A DNA stretch of 63,179 bases, counting the filler, from Vezdaea acicularis (lineage: Eukaryota): assembly GCA_026025075.1 (NCBI GenBank). It is 3 parts of 3 records of this genome, joined end to end, with 100 filler letters (N's around TTAATTAATTAA, not from the genome) between each part and the next. Parts side by side here need not be neighbours in the genome. Positions count along the whole stretch, not along the records: positions 44,934 to 63,179 come from JAPEUI010000205.1; 2 more parts are not named here. One strand, written 5' to 3'. The notes beneath the pieces are model-generated. The model had not been told where the DNA came from, did not search any database, and was given only the letters and a program-made list of their open reading frames with translations. This document shows positions 49,748-62,600 of this stretch, in pieces; within the stretch, counting starts at the first letter, position 1, and the number at the start of each line of letters is the position of its first letter. The position numbers and the translations under genes are program-made.

Positions 49748-52700
49748 ATGTCTTTCAGCTTTGCAGGCGCAGGTGGCGGCTCGGCCTTTGGATCTCCAAT
49801 TACTCCGCAAAATCCAGGCGCTCAAATCGAATCTGGCCCTGACCTCGAGGAGATACTAACGGAGGTACTTACTTCCCCTTATGACAACTTCCTCCCCAAA
49901 AACCTCCGTCCTAACATGCAATAATTCAGAACTTAGGATATCGCTCCCTGGCAGGTGATGCCAAAGTCCGCCTCCTTTCAACACCATGGCCGTCTGACGC
50001 TCTTCCCCCTCCGACCTCCTCGCTCCTTAGTGTTGCTTCAACCAAAGGTCTCGTTGCTGCGGCTGGGCCAAGGCAATTGGTCATAGCTAGTACTGACTCC
50101 GTTAGAGATGCTTTCTCTGCTGAGTCATCTGGAGATGGGAGGATAAAGCCAATAACGCCACAATGGAGCGTTTCGCTGGAAGAAGCGGAGAGGTTATCAC
50201 AAGTGGCTTTCACCGCAGATGAGACATATCTCGTGATATCAGCGCAGCTCGGAGGAGGAATCAGGGTTTACGAGGTCCAAGCTATCATGCAGGGAAGTAC
50301 GCAGCCCGCTTTTGACCTTCCAACAAACGGGATAGCGCTACGGGCTTTACTACCCAATCCAACACCTGAACGGGCGTCTCTCGTCGCTATAGTCACGTCA
50401 AACGGCGATCTTATGGTCATCAATCTTCAGAATAGACAGTGGGCCTCTGGACCGACTGGGCCGGTACTGCGAGGAGGAGTCAGCTGTCTCTCATGGAGTA
50501 CAAAGGGAAAGCAGCTCGTTGCAGGGATGGGTGATGGAAGTGCATGTCAAATGACTCCAGAAGGAGAAGAGAAGGCCGTCATACCCAAACCTCCAAAGTT
50601 ACTGGGTAATGAGCATGGTAAGTTTACCTGAATCAACATCTTGTAACAAAATTAATCAATCTCAGTTTCCTCCATTTCTTGGCTCGAGAATAATTCTTTC
50701 CTTACCGTGCATACTCCAACTCTCTTCGACAGCGATTCAGCACCTGAATCCACCTTCCACATCGTCACGCGGCAACCTCCCTCAACTTACGGGTATCAGG
50801 TACTCCCCGACCCATGCCCTCCTTTTGGGCTCAATCGCTCGCCGGCCCATCATTTCATGGCTCGCCTCAAGAATTTTCCTCCACATCTTCAGGACATGCT
50901 TATAGTAGCCTCCACAGCTTCAACTGATATTGGTCAATTCACAAAGACCGCCACTCCCTTTGCGCCCAATCCGTCTCCTGACAAGATTACCGGTCACTTT
51001 ACCATGACTACAATGGCTGATGATACGCGCCGGTCTCAGCTTCCAATGACTGAGGAGTTAACTGACACATCCCCCATTGGTATAGCGATCGATCTCTCCT
51101 CGCGAGTGAATATCCCCACCCCAATACCAGGGGAAGAGATCGATTCCAGTACCCCTTTACCAGCCCTTATGGTTCTAAATAATGAAGGAGTGTTGGCTGC
51201 GTGGTGGATAGTCTATTCAGATGCAGTCAGGCAAGGCTTGCCATATCCTGAACTTGTTGCGACGAAAGGCCAAGCACAACCACAGCCAGTTCAGCCCGTT
51301 CTGCCAGTAGCACCTTTTGGCGCAACGACTCAACAAACTCCTACCTTTGGTCAGGCTGCTCTTACAGAATCGCCTTCTTCAAGTGCATTCGGTGCCTTTC
51401 CAAAACCTGCGACTCCCTCATTTGGCACTCAATCCACATTTGGAGGTGGTTCTTCGAATGCATTTGGCACACCAAGCGCTCTCGGAGGTGGCACAGTGGG
51501 AGCGTTTGGAGCATCGACAGGACTAGGAACTCAACCATCCCCTTGGAGCAAAACAGCAGCACCGAGTCCGGCCTTGCAGACTGGTGGAAATGCGTTCGGA
51601 AAACCAGCATTTGGTACACCTGCTGCTCTCGGCACTCAAAGCAGTAGTTTCGGCAGTACTGGGGGTTTGGGCAATAGGGGATCACCTTGGGGAGGCTCAA
51701 CAACTCTTGGATTGGGCGTTTCGCCTTCTCCATTTGGCTTAGCGGCAGAAAATGCTTCGAAGTCTGGATCTGTGTTCGGCTCAACTAGTAATGGCGCTTC
51801 TGGAGGAGGTTTTGGCAACTATGCAGATAAGGGTGGCTTTGCCGCCGTGAACACTCAAGGAAATTCTGGAAGCGTGTTTGCAAAATCTAGCACGCTAGGG
51901 CCAGCACAAGGAGGCGATATGGATACCGATACCAGCTTTGGGCGGCCAGCAGAAACATCGATTGCTCCCGGAATCGGATCAACGCCATTCACTCTTGGGA
52001 GCACTTTCAAGGGGGATGGTACGGCGAAAGACGACGCGCCAAAGCCTCAAGGCACGAAAGAGGATGGCCTATTCGGCGCAAAGTTCGGCGATGATCTAGT
52101 TTTATCCTCCTCTCCGCGCTCAACTTTTGAGCCAGCAGCACCAGATCTTACGCCAGCTAGAACATTACCCATCCAATCTTCCATCACAGAAGAGGCTAAG
52201 ATGGCGAGTAAAGAGAGTGCTCATTCAGCAAGTTCGCCAGCTACAACTTCTGTGCTAGCTCCTACAACAGCAACCACTATAGCACCCAGTAGTTTTGAGG
52301 GACTTTATGGTGGAAAACAAGAGTCTGGAGGGCCTTCTGTTGTCCCCCAGACAGCGCAGAAAGTGGACCAAGACGGTGTTCCAACAGTGGGAGTGGCTCA
52401 ATCAAAAGCTCCCGAAGACTTTCCCTTGGTTGCATCTCCAACCGACGCTAAAGAGTCATTGTCAGATCCAATCCCAGCCCTTGAGAGGCACGAGAATCGG
52501 ATATCACCCGCGGGTGCTTTGCCACCATCTCCCAAGATTAAATCCGAACCTGAAGTTGGCGAGGAAAATTCTCCCGCAGCCTTAAGAGATATTCCCGAGG
52601 CGCCGCTACCTCCTGTTCCAACGAGCAAAGCTAGTTACGCCCTGGGCGACTCCTCCACGTCATCCATTGGCACATTCAAAGGTGATACTGAGGATGCCCC

Positions 52701-54492
52701 TTTACCTCCAGATTTCGTTGCAGCAAAGAGCGAGCCTCAAGAGGTTCCTGAAGATGCCCCCCTACCACCGGACTTCATCATGCCGAAACAGACAACAATA
52801 GATCCCAGCCTCATACCCCCAATGGACGTGCCAGGTACTCCCGAAAGAGAGCCATCTTCCCTCCTTGAACCTTCATCGTCGCCTTTGGAAGACGAGGGGA
52901 GCGACAAGCTGGATGAAGAAGGTAGTGGTGAAGATGTTGCGAAGGATATCACTCCTGAGATTTCTCCTGAAAGCTCCTTTGGTGGTGGATCCATAAGCTT
53001 AACTGGGGGAAAGTTCACCAACATTAGCATGCCAGGTTCCCACCAGACAGCAAGACCATTATTTGGGGAAATCGGAAGTCACTCGATCCCTATGCTCCCT
53101 CCACCCACTAAAGTACCCGAAAGCCCTCGCTCGCCTAGTCCGGTCCGGCCACCACAAATCCGCAATAACCTTCGACCGGATGTGTCACGTTCTGCAAGCG
53201 CTCCTGGGTGGGGCATGAAACCGAACGGTGCTCAGAGTGCGGCAATGGGGCGCTCTCAGCCTACGGCACCAATCCCAAGGAGCTCGGCTGACAAGGTATC
53301 AGCAGGGCGACAGCCACAAATACAGAAACCTCAACTAAAAGACGAAGAAGAAGAGTTGCTTGATCAACGGGACGAAGAAGTACGTCGTGTGCTAGCATCT
53401 GAAATCCAGCCTACGAAAACACTTCCCGAATTCATAGCCCACAACGACTATGTTGGTATCGTAGACAAAGCTGGCATCCCTGGCCAGATAGAAAGGGTGT
53501 ACAGGGATATCAACTCTATGATAGATACACTCGGTCTAAATGCTCGAGCCCTTGAGGCATTTGTCCAAGGTCACGAGGAATTCAAAGAGAGCGGTCGCTC
53601 ACGTGAAGATCTTGAAGATGAGGATGACTGGTGCCTTTGCGAGATCCCAGACCTAGGTGGTATGGAACATGAACTTGAGGTGCAATTAGAAGATGGTCGC
53701 ATCAAGAACGTACAAGAAAAGATCATCGAATGCCTAGCCACTCAAAAGGAGCTTGAGAAGCGTAAGTTCTGATGCTGTAATCTATTCGAGGATTTCATTG
53801 ACTTTAGCCTAGTGCGGATCAAGCATAATGACATTAAGAAGGCGATCGATGCTCGCTTGGACCCTACGCAACTTGCAGCTTTACGGACGATGCCACTAAG
53901 TGCAGAGCAATCTCTTCAACAGCATGACATTAGAGAAGCATTCGGGAAGCTCCAAAAGCTTCTCGCCGAGGTTGAAGAAGCAATTACTGTTCTCAGGGCA
54001 AAACTCGCGAGTCAGAGTGGCGTTAGTGGGAAGAACGGCGCAACGGCCCCGACAGTGGAGAACGTCATGAAGACAATCATGACCATGACCGGGATGATAG
54101 AGAAAAAGAGCGGCGACGTCGATATGCTCGAAAACCAGATGCGGAAACTACGCTTCAGCTCTGTCGACAGTAGACGTAGTCGGGAAGGGTCTCCCTTTGC
54201 AACACCCCAAAGCAAGTTTGCAGGCTCAACTAGGACGCCAGGCTCAGGGGCTACCGGCCCATACTTCACACCTGAGAGTAGGCGAGGCACGCCAAGTCGC
54301 TTTCGCTCATCCAGTATGAGCCCGTCACCATTTTCGAGAAGTGGGACGCCAGTGAGCCAGAAACTTTCTAGTATTCAAATAGAGGACGTGGAAAGAGTGA
54401 GGGCAAAGATGATGAGGAAGAGAGCAGTAACGACGAAGCTCGCCGAGGCTGTTGTCAAAGCTGGGCCAAGAGTAAAGGTTATGGACGAGTGA
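49748..54492 (+). CDS. NUP159: Nucleoporin Nup159/NUP214; introns ~49865-49929, 50618-50665, 53762-53811
   Basis: N-terminal beta-propeller, FG repeats (PAFG/SFG), repeated DAPLPPDF, C-terminal coiled coil. Confidence 0.9.
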
Positions 54493-54977
54493 AGCGTCCG
54501 CAATGTATAGACTTTAGCGTGTATAATGCATGTGTGACAACGGTGTTGGATTCACGGAAAGCGAGGAGCGCGAATGCATAGCGATAGAATCATCCGTTTT
54601 TGCACGGTTAGTTAGAGATATATGCGGCTGCAATTTGATGCACTTGTCTATAGGACCAACATGTCGATTTTTCCACCAGAAGTTGTAGACATCCCCTTTT
54701 ACCGCCACCTTGTAATCGCACTCCTTGAAATGCTGTCGCACAAGCCTAAGATAGGAGTTAGACCTTACGGTTGGGACACGATGTCAGAAGCATATTCTCT
54801 GTCCTGCGCACCGAACAGTGTCGGGCCTGTTGAATGCCGCATTTAGATATGATGAGGGAGACCATGATATTCACAACCATTCTATATATGCATTAGACTA
54901 CTGTTCTCTACCTTACCATAAGCCGCAAACAGCCAACGCACCGTGAATCCCTAAGCCAACCAACCCTCTCCTACTCC

Positions 54978-55758
54978 TCACTTCTCTACCAACCTCTTTT
55001 CGACCTTCTCCCTCTCCCTCTCCTTGATCTCCCTCAACTCCTCTTTCGTCGTATCGAACTTCGCATTAACCTGATTGTGAGGATTATCCGGGTGCTTCTG
55101 AAACTCCTTATACGCGAGGTCCTCCCTCTGCTGCTTCCTCAAGCCCGGCTGCTCCTCTTTAAGCTCTTCCGTGCGCTGCGCCTTGAACTTCGCCCATGCG
55201 GCCGGGAAACGCCGTTCCGGGTGCCTGTCTACGTTATCGCTCGTGTTGTCGGCGGTGAGGGAGAGCGCGTCGAGGGCGTTGTCGATGCCGGTTGCGTTCA
55301 GAGCGGAGGCTTTGCTGGTCGGGTCCGAGTCGTCGAGTTGCGAGAGGTCGAGGCCTTTGGATTTCTTGGGCGCGGTCTTTGCGTTGCCCTTCTTAGCGGT
55401 GGGGAGGGCCTTTTCTTCTTCTGCTAATAAAGCGTCTTTTTCGGCTTTCTTTCTTGCGGCTTCAGCCTTTTTCTGCTCGGCGGCCTCTCTGTAGTTTGTA
55501 GCGCATCAGTACATGCCTTCACGTACCACTAATCGCATTGCGTTGATCGCGGGTGCAACCGCCCAAGATGGGCTGAGGGGAAGGAACAGCAAACACCTAC
55601 TTTTTAGCATTTGACTTGGCTCCTTTGCCCCATTCTTCGTCCTCAACAATAGCTTTTTTGGCGTTCTCTGAGGCGGCTTTTTGTGCAGCGGCTTCGGCCT
55701 TTTTGGCGTTGCCAGAGGCCTTTTTGGAATTCTCACCAGAGTTCTTCTTGCCTGCCAT
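54978..55758 (-). CDS. LSO2: CCDC124/Lso2 ribosome-associated coiled-coil protein; intron 55489-55600 (missed by the ORF track)
   Basis: MAGKKNSGENSKKASGNAKKA..., ATGIDNALDAL, DRHPERRFPAA, PGLRKQQ, KEFQKHPDNPHNQ. Confidence 0.88.
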
Positions 55759-56189
55759 AGTTTAGTCGGTTCAGGAGGACAGTAGTCTTCAAGGTATTAT
55801 GTGAATTATGGCAATTACTTCTGCTCTGGGGTTATGGGTACGTGGGCTTTGATGGTATCACAAAGCCGTGGCGGTTTCGATGGTTTTGGTGGGGCAATGG
55901 CTGGACCCCACGCCACGTTGGTGGGCTTATACAATGACAGTGTACCACGATCACCGCATTCTCGAGTTTGAAAAACAATTGTCAACGCACAACACTCCCT
56001 CATTATGAGAAACAATATCCTAAAGCGATAGTTTCATATACCCATAGTTGTATCTCTTGTTGAAAAGTAGATCCCGAATCTGGAAATCGAAGTCCCTCTA
56101 GCGCATGTCCATCTCCCCATCGCACCTGCAGCTCATCCCTCGGATCCACCCCTTTGTACTCTCACGAGCTCATCGTCTTTGATCATCCA

Positions 56190-56498
56190 TCACATAATAG
56201 CACAACAATTGATGTCCACTCCTCCAGGCCCCCTGTCTGGCGTGACCCCAAACCTCACCCCATATTGTACGTTCTCCACAACTCTTGTCCTATTGTAATC
56301 AACTGCTCCTTTTAGATCATGCCAAGGACAAGTCGCAGGAGGTGCGGGTCTCCAGCCGCTAGTAGGTATGCGTGCCTGCCCGTTCCAAAAGGTGGGGCAT
56401 GTTTGGAAACCGCCGCCAGGGAAGCATTGCGTTCGGATTGTCATCCATTTGTGCCTGCAAGGGGGATAGAACGACTTCCAGCCGTCGACGGTACACAT
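56190..56498 (-). CDS. Small Cys-rich protein with a C-terminal CaaX motif
   Basis: 102-aa ORF MCTVDGWKSFYPPCRHKW...INCCAIM*. Confidence 0.65.
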   Translation of the reverse strand: MCTVDGWKSFYPPCRHKWMTIRTQCFPGGGFQTCPTFWNGQARIPTSGWRPAPPATCPWHDLKGAVDYNRTRVVENVQYGVRFGVTPDRGPGGVDINCCAIM

Positions 56499-56870
56499 TG
56501 GTGTGGTATAAGTTAGGCGATATTGTTGAGGGGGCCAAAAATGGTGCGCCTTTGATCGCCGACGATCTTAAAGGTATGGAGGACAGTCTAGGAGCTCAAT
56601 AGTAACTTTAGAGAGTCGATAGGGTGCTTCCCGACGTTGGAGGCTAAAGATAAACTTCAAATAACGGCATTATCATCGACTAGCTAGTTGTCTTCGTTCT
56701 GTCAAGTGCATTTCGTTCCCGAATTTCGTTGGTCGAGTTCGGAAATTGCCATGATCCGACCCGTTGTCAGTGAATGTCGACACACAGCAGGCATGCTATG
56801 CGGCCAATATCTAACTTCGCTCAGATGAGGTGGTATAAATGCGAGACTAGTGCTGCCCAAATAGCTTACT

Positions 56871-57327
56871 TCAATCGCCATCCCCCTGCCTCTCCTTCTC
56901 CCTTATAGCTGTCATCAGCTCATAAAGCTGCCCTAACTGTTGATCTGCACCGTCGTCAGTTTCATTACACCTATTGAAGTCCAACCCAAGAGACAGAAGC
57001 TTTACCACTCATCTTATCAATCTTTCCCCTATCAAGCGTTTCCCCCTTCCAACTATCTCCCTCAAGCTTCTGCGCATACATCTGCCATTCAGTCAAGAAC
57101 CCAATAATATGCACCGGATTCTCCACCGTCTTATGCGCACGGAATTCGCTCTTCACGTACTCATCCCCCAGAAGCCGCATTTCTTTGGGCAGTTTATGTC
57201 GATGCGCGCGTAGCAATCTTCTGTAGAGCAGAAGGGGTGGAAGGAGGGCCATTGGAGCGGGTTTGAACCCAGATGTCGAGCCCGCGGCAGTAGGCATTGC
57301 CATTAGGGCACGGATTGTGAGATGCAT
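56871..57327 (-). CDS. SDH7: Succinate dehydrogenase assembly factor 3 (LYR family); intron 56945-57005
   Basis: LLPPLLLYRRLLRAHR, LGDEYVKSEFRAHK, HIIGFLTEWQMY, MS/DQQLGQLYELM. Confidence 0.92.
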
Positions 57328-57507
57328 AGTTGTGAATATCCAACTTAGAAAGACAACAGGAACACGTATGGAAAGCTACAGTGTACTCATTTGTAGGACT
57401 TCGACTTGATATAGTCGATTAAGTCATCGGCCGAGATTCCCCATATATTTTGGATGGACTAAAAAGCGAAGCGCAAATATCACTATCTTTCGTCCTGCTC
57501 CCCTATC

Positions 57508-58880
57508 TGCAATGCATAATCCATCTCGCCACGTGCGAAGTGGCCTTCATCACATGACTTTCACAATTCTGCGTTACATAAACCGTAACAGCGCTGTCAA
57601 TCGGAGGCGGAGGCACCAGTACACCAAATCGGGGCGTAAGTGTATACACCATAAGGGCCGTGACGGTTTGCGAATCATGCAACGCCATATCCTCCATATC
57701 ACGTGCCCAATTGTTCTCTCACGTGAATCGTTCACTTCTACGTTGCATCACGCGGTTAACAAAATAACCCGCACACCGTACGGGTCAAAAGAGGCAGTTT
57801 TCGCTTAGAAGCAAGGTACTTCTCCACCTAAATTTGCTGGTAAGGTACCTCGCTAAGCCCTTGGTGTGCGGGTTTTTTTGATAACCGCGTGGCATATCCA
57901 TGAAGCATGTCTCCATTTCCTTGAGGGATATCTCTCTGCCCAACACCACAGCAGGGCGTAAAGCTTTGCCCAACACCATATAGGAGCATATGCAGCATCA
58001 TGCGATTCCCGACTCCATCTCGTGCAACGTACAAGTCGTCTAATCACGTGTGATCTAGTCTTCTCACGTGGGCAGCTCACTTATATGTTGCATAAATATG
58101 AGGCATATCCTGTGTACCTTGCGGGATATTTCTCTGCCCAACACCACATCGGGGCATATGCCACACCCAAGATTCCCAAATTCTCTCCCTCCTGCAACGT
58201 ATAAGTCGTCAAATCACGCAGATACTCAGCTTCATCACGTGGGTATTTCACTTGTACATTGCATACGTTCCTAGAATCGGCATGCACTGGCTACTCGATT
58301 ACACCTAAACTGGGCGTAAGTCAAAATAGCCCCATGGAACGGCGTTCCACCTCTTCCCTGCAACGCCAAATCCTCATTTCAGGTGCACAACCGCGAAGTC
58401 ACCTGGCATGGCATATCCTTTCCCCTAAATCATGAGACATTCGATTTTTGCATTGCATAAATGCCTGGTTTGCGGCCAGATCCTGCATCCTCCACACCAA
58501 AGTCGGGCGTAAGCCTCCACAGCGCCGGAGCCGGCATCGCATGAAGCAAGTCGCCGCCGGGTCCGTCTCCTGCAATACTCAATCTCACAAACGACGTGCT
58601 TGACCGTCTTTATCACATGACATTTCCACTTCTGTGTCTCGATGAAAATTGCACTTCTGATTACTAACTTAGCTGACTGAGGGGCGTCACCCAAACTGCA
58701 ACACTAAAACCTTCCATCCATGTGCCTTGTCATTTTCGTCACACGATGCTTTCATTTTTGTGTCTCGATAAAAACATCTCAACGGCATAGGGAGCAGACC
58801 GGGGCAACAGTCGCCCAAGCTGCAATACTAAACCCTCCCCTCGCGTGCCTGGCCATCTGTTTATTTCATTGCTTTCATCC
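57508..58880 (-). repeat. Second, more degenerate array of the double-CACGTG core, in reverse orientation (array 2)
   Basis: Cores at 57508, 57678, 58023, 58193, 58359, 58571, 58697, 58821: TGCAAC/T..CACGTG..CAC(G/A)TG..TTYTRYGTTRCA or TTYTGTGTCTCGA, with the same ~22/21-bp spacing as array 1. Confidence 0.8.
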
Positions 58881-59269
58881 GTTTCATCCTGATTGGACTT
58901 GCTATCAACTTCTTCCATAATATGTCTAGACGTCACGAATCCACCTTCTCATGATCACGGCGCCTGCGCTATGCTTGCGCTAAACATCTGATCACGTGAC
59001 CTAGCATAGACAAATTGCAAGGAAGCGCTGAGGTTTAGGTCTCCAGTATTCAATCTACAATATCAGCTATGGCATCGCCCTGCCATCAGTATAGATACCT
59101 CTATTGACTACTGCATCATTGCGATACTACGCATCGTCCCTGAGATCATCCTGCGCGCTGCCTGCTCCTTTGCCGCATGAAGCTTAGCCTGCTCCCTCCT
59201 GTCGCCTACACTCTCACACTAGATCTCAGACACCTACTGAACTGGTTCGGGACGGTTTAAGGATGTAGC

Positions 59270-60460
59270 GTACGAGCAAGAACTCAACCTGCACCGGCTT
59301 CACAGTGTTTTCACTTGGCTATGGGTGTGGGCCGTCCCATGCCGCCACGACCGCTGCACTACCAGCTCCTGCTGGCGCGGAAAATCTTCGTCACCAAGCA
59401 GATGGATATGCACCTGGTCTGGACGACAGGCCGCATCTTCCTTAAGCCAATTCCGCGCTTTCTGCTCGAGTGTAAGGACAGGCCAGTGCTTCGTCAGGGA
59501 GCGAGGGTCTGTAGGCGTGTGAGCTAACTCCCAAGGACTCAAGAACTTGTAGACAAAGACTAGGTGCAGTGATAGTAACTGGGGCAAGGCAAGACAAGGC
59601 AAGGCAAGATAGGAGAAGGGTCAGACGAAGCAAAGCGAGGATGCCTTCCTACTAGTTATTCAGATGAATAGATGAGTTGATTGCTGAAGAGTTATCCTAA
59701 GAGAAGCGGCAGCTCTAATAGCTACGCTTGTCTATGTCAGGTAATCTAAGAACCACCTGGCCTTATGCTAGGTGCTAGGGAGCTAGGCAAAGCAGAAGCA
59801 AAGCTGAAGCGAAGCTAATGTCAGGACACGGGGCGTCCTGGCATCGATACGTCAGGGCACAGGGCGTCCTGTCAGTAAACGGTGTTTATGAAGAAGTTGT
59901 TCTATTTATCTAGCTAGGGGATTCATCTATATATAGGGCAAAGAGCATCCGGTCATGACTGCCTGGACAAGACAACGCTGCTAGTCGCGGCAGGCGCTGT
60001 CCGTCCTAGGGCAGTCGCATGACGTACAAACGCTGCCCCTATTAGTAGACGCCATACAATCGCTCCTTATCCTTGCGTCCAGATGCCACTACCCTTTAGC
60101 TCCTATGTCCGGGCGATGCTTCCTCCTGCCCAGACGCCCCCTATCTCGTGTCTCATAACAGCTAGCCTCCTTACCCCTTATTCATCCCAAAAGACTTGAT
60201 AAGAGCTAGAGGCTAATACAGTCATTACAGCTAGGCGTAGACCGTCTGAAGACCGATGGCAGGTTTCAGTCTGCATCATACGGCTTCACCATCTTCTCGA
60301 TTCTGGGGCCCCTCATTATCACAGGGTTAATTATCCTAACGTTCTGCTTCATATTCATCTACAGCTGGGCTGTAACATCAGCTTATAATAAAAACCAGTC
60401 TCTGCACATACAGCTTTGGCAACCAAATACCAGAAGCAGTTCGACCGATCTGCCTGCCTA
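59270..60460 (+). pseudogene. DUF6601-like gene remnant split by an LTR-like insert
   Basis: 5' part GRPMPPRPLHYQLLLARKIFVTKQMDMHLVWTTGRIFLKPIPRFLLE (frameshifted upstream); 3' part LGVDRLKTDGRFQSASYGFTIFSILGPL from 60231. Confidence 0.65.
59471..60229. mobile_element. LTR-like non-coding insert (TGTAA...TTACA), possibly nested LTR fragments
   Basis: Begins TGTAAGGA exactly where the coding homology stops and ends ATTACA where it resumes; TpA-rich; no TSD. Confidence 0.5.
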
Positions 60461-60702
60461 GATCGTTGAACTAGGCGGACTGGGCCAGCAGGTTCACTTG
60501 AAGAACTGCAAGACAAACCAATGAAGCACTGCAAGTATACCCCTGAGTTGCAGGCAGAGCCATTGAGCTGAGCGAAGGGTCACACGCTTTTCACAGTCAC
60601 TCCGGTTATCTGCTTCAAGAATATAAATTTCTCTACTGCAGTAGAATCCTTTGATCTGCGTTGGACCAGTTGCACGAAGTTGTATGCATGATGAGGGATT
60701 AT

Positions 60703-60987
60703 TGTAAGGAAGGGCACATGGCGTATAGCCTTTGAGGCGCGCGTGCCTTTACCCTCGTGGTAGTCACGTGGGACACTCGCCTATAAGGAGGCGACCTAGG
60801 AGATGATCTAGGGATTGTCAATTGATGTACATGACAATGGAGATGAGGAGCTGTCAACACCACGTCGACATAGTGGAATTGCTCCCGCGACCTAAGACCT
60901 ATTCCCACTACGCTGTCAACTCTCTAGTGCCCATATTCCCTCGTCGCTCATCCTTCTACCTATCGAGGCCCGTCAGCGAAGCTTACA
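60703..60987. mobile_element. Putative solo LTR (285 bp)
   Basis: TGTAAG...CTTACA termini; flanks TTAT and TTAC (4-bp TSD with one mismatch); internal CTATAAG. Confidence 0.5.
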
Positions 60988-61185
60988 TTACATTTAGGCG
61001 ATTGGTATTTGTACACGGGTGTGTAGTATTTACACCACCCCCCCCCCATAATTAGCGACCCGATAGTAGAGCACCTCCTACGTGAAGATATCGAAATAAC
61101 CCATGCAACACGCTCTTTATCACCCCGTTCGAAAGCCCATTGCCATCCCCCACCCTAGGGCCACCGCCTGACACCCTAGTGACCA

Positions 61186-62301
61186 ATGGGGGGCGCCAAA
61201 TGGCCGTCCGTGGGCGTCCAGCCACAAAACATGTACGACCATGCCACGCAACTCATCGCCGACGTAGAAGCCCTAGAGATAGGCATAAACGCAGAGCAGG
61301 GAAAGCCACGAAAGCAGATACCAGCCGAATCGATCCTACCCTTCCTCCGAAGCTGCAAGAAGCCCGCAGAGAAGGCAAAAGATCAGCCATCCTTAAAGGA
61401 CTTCTCAGCCCAGCTGGAAGCGAGCTTCAGGGACGTTAAATCGATAAAGGACGACATCAAAGTCGTCAAAAACACCGTCACCAACACCCCGCTCCCGCAA
61501 CGCCAGGGCTCACAGCCTTCATCATACGCCAAAGCCGCCGCTTGGGCCGCCAACGCCGCATCAGCTAGCCCCCCGCTCTCAGGCATCATCCCCACGTCAA
61601 ATCTGACCAGCACAGCAACAGAGAAGGAAAGAGTAGTGATCATAAAACTGGCAGACCCAGACCAGATAGAAGCGGCCAGAGGACAGCAACCCGCCAACCT
61701 CAAAATACAGATCGACACAATCATGAAACAGAGCTCCAACACCCGCATCCGAAACACAAAGATAACCGCCGCCAAACAGCTTAAAAGCGGAGACCTGGCG
61801 ACATACACAGCTATGCCAGAAGGAAACTACTACCTGAAACGATACGCAGACGATTGGGTGAAAGGTCTGGGCCCACACGCATACATCCCCATCCCGACAT
61901 ACGAAGTCATCATGCATGGCATCCGTTTGGACACAATAGACATGGCAAAACAGACGGAGATGGCGATGGAGCTCAAGCAATGGAGCAATCATGTCATACC
62001 TAACGCGGAGATCAAATACATGGGATGGCTCACAAAGGCAGGTGGCTCCAAGAAAGTCTCATCGATGATTATCGAATTCGCAGACGCGGAGGACGCCTCA
62101 ATGCTAGCAAGAATGATGCTCATGTATTGCTCTTTTCTATTGGATCCGCCCATATCGGATTTTACGATCTACCAGGAAATCTGTCGATTAGATGCGCTTC
62201 ACTGTCGTGGGATCTGCCCATGTGTGACCTTTTCTTATAGGATATTACCTAAAGTTATCCGGCAAGCCTGCCGCTTCTGCGTTATAGGCGATCCCCCATG
62301 A
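61186..62301 (+). mobile_element. Truncated ORF1 (gag-like) of a fungal non-LTR (Tad1-like) retrotransposon
   Basis: SYAKAAA, ERVVIIKL, AAKQLKSGDL, TYEVIMHGI, YMGWL, SSMIIEF motifs; homology breaks near 62100 before the expected zinc knuckle; no RT ORF follows. Confidence 0.7.
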
Positions 62302-62365
62302 AATAGTCCCCAACGGAGTACACTGGCAGTCCTGTCGCTCCATTCTGTCGTAGAACTAGTCCCAT

Positions 62366-62600
62366 ATGGGATGATCCCTTAGGGCGTACCGGCAGTCTTA
62401 CTGCTTTCTTTACCTTGTGGAGTCATCCCTCATGGGATGGTCTCTCAGGGCATACCGGCAGTCTTACCGCTTTCCTTACCTTATGGAGCTATCCCTTATG
62501 GGATGGTCCCTCAGGGCGTATCGGCAGTCTTACCGCTTTCTTTACCTTGTGGAGTCATTCCTTCGTGGGATGGTCCCTTAGGGTGTGCTGGCAGTCTCAC
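62366..62600. repeat. 66-bp tandem repeat, ~3.5 copies
   Basis: ATGGGATGRTCYCTYAGGGCRTAYCGGCAGTCTTACYGCTTTC... at 62366, 62432, 62498, 62565. Confidence 0.88.
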
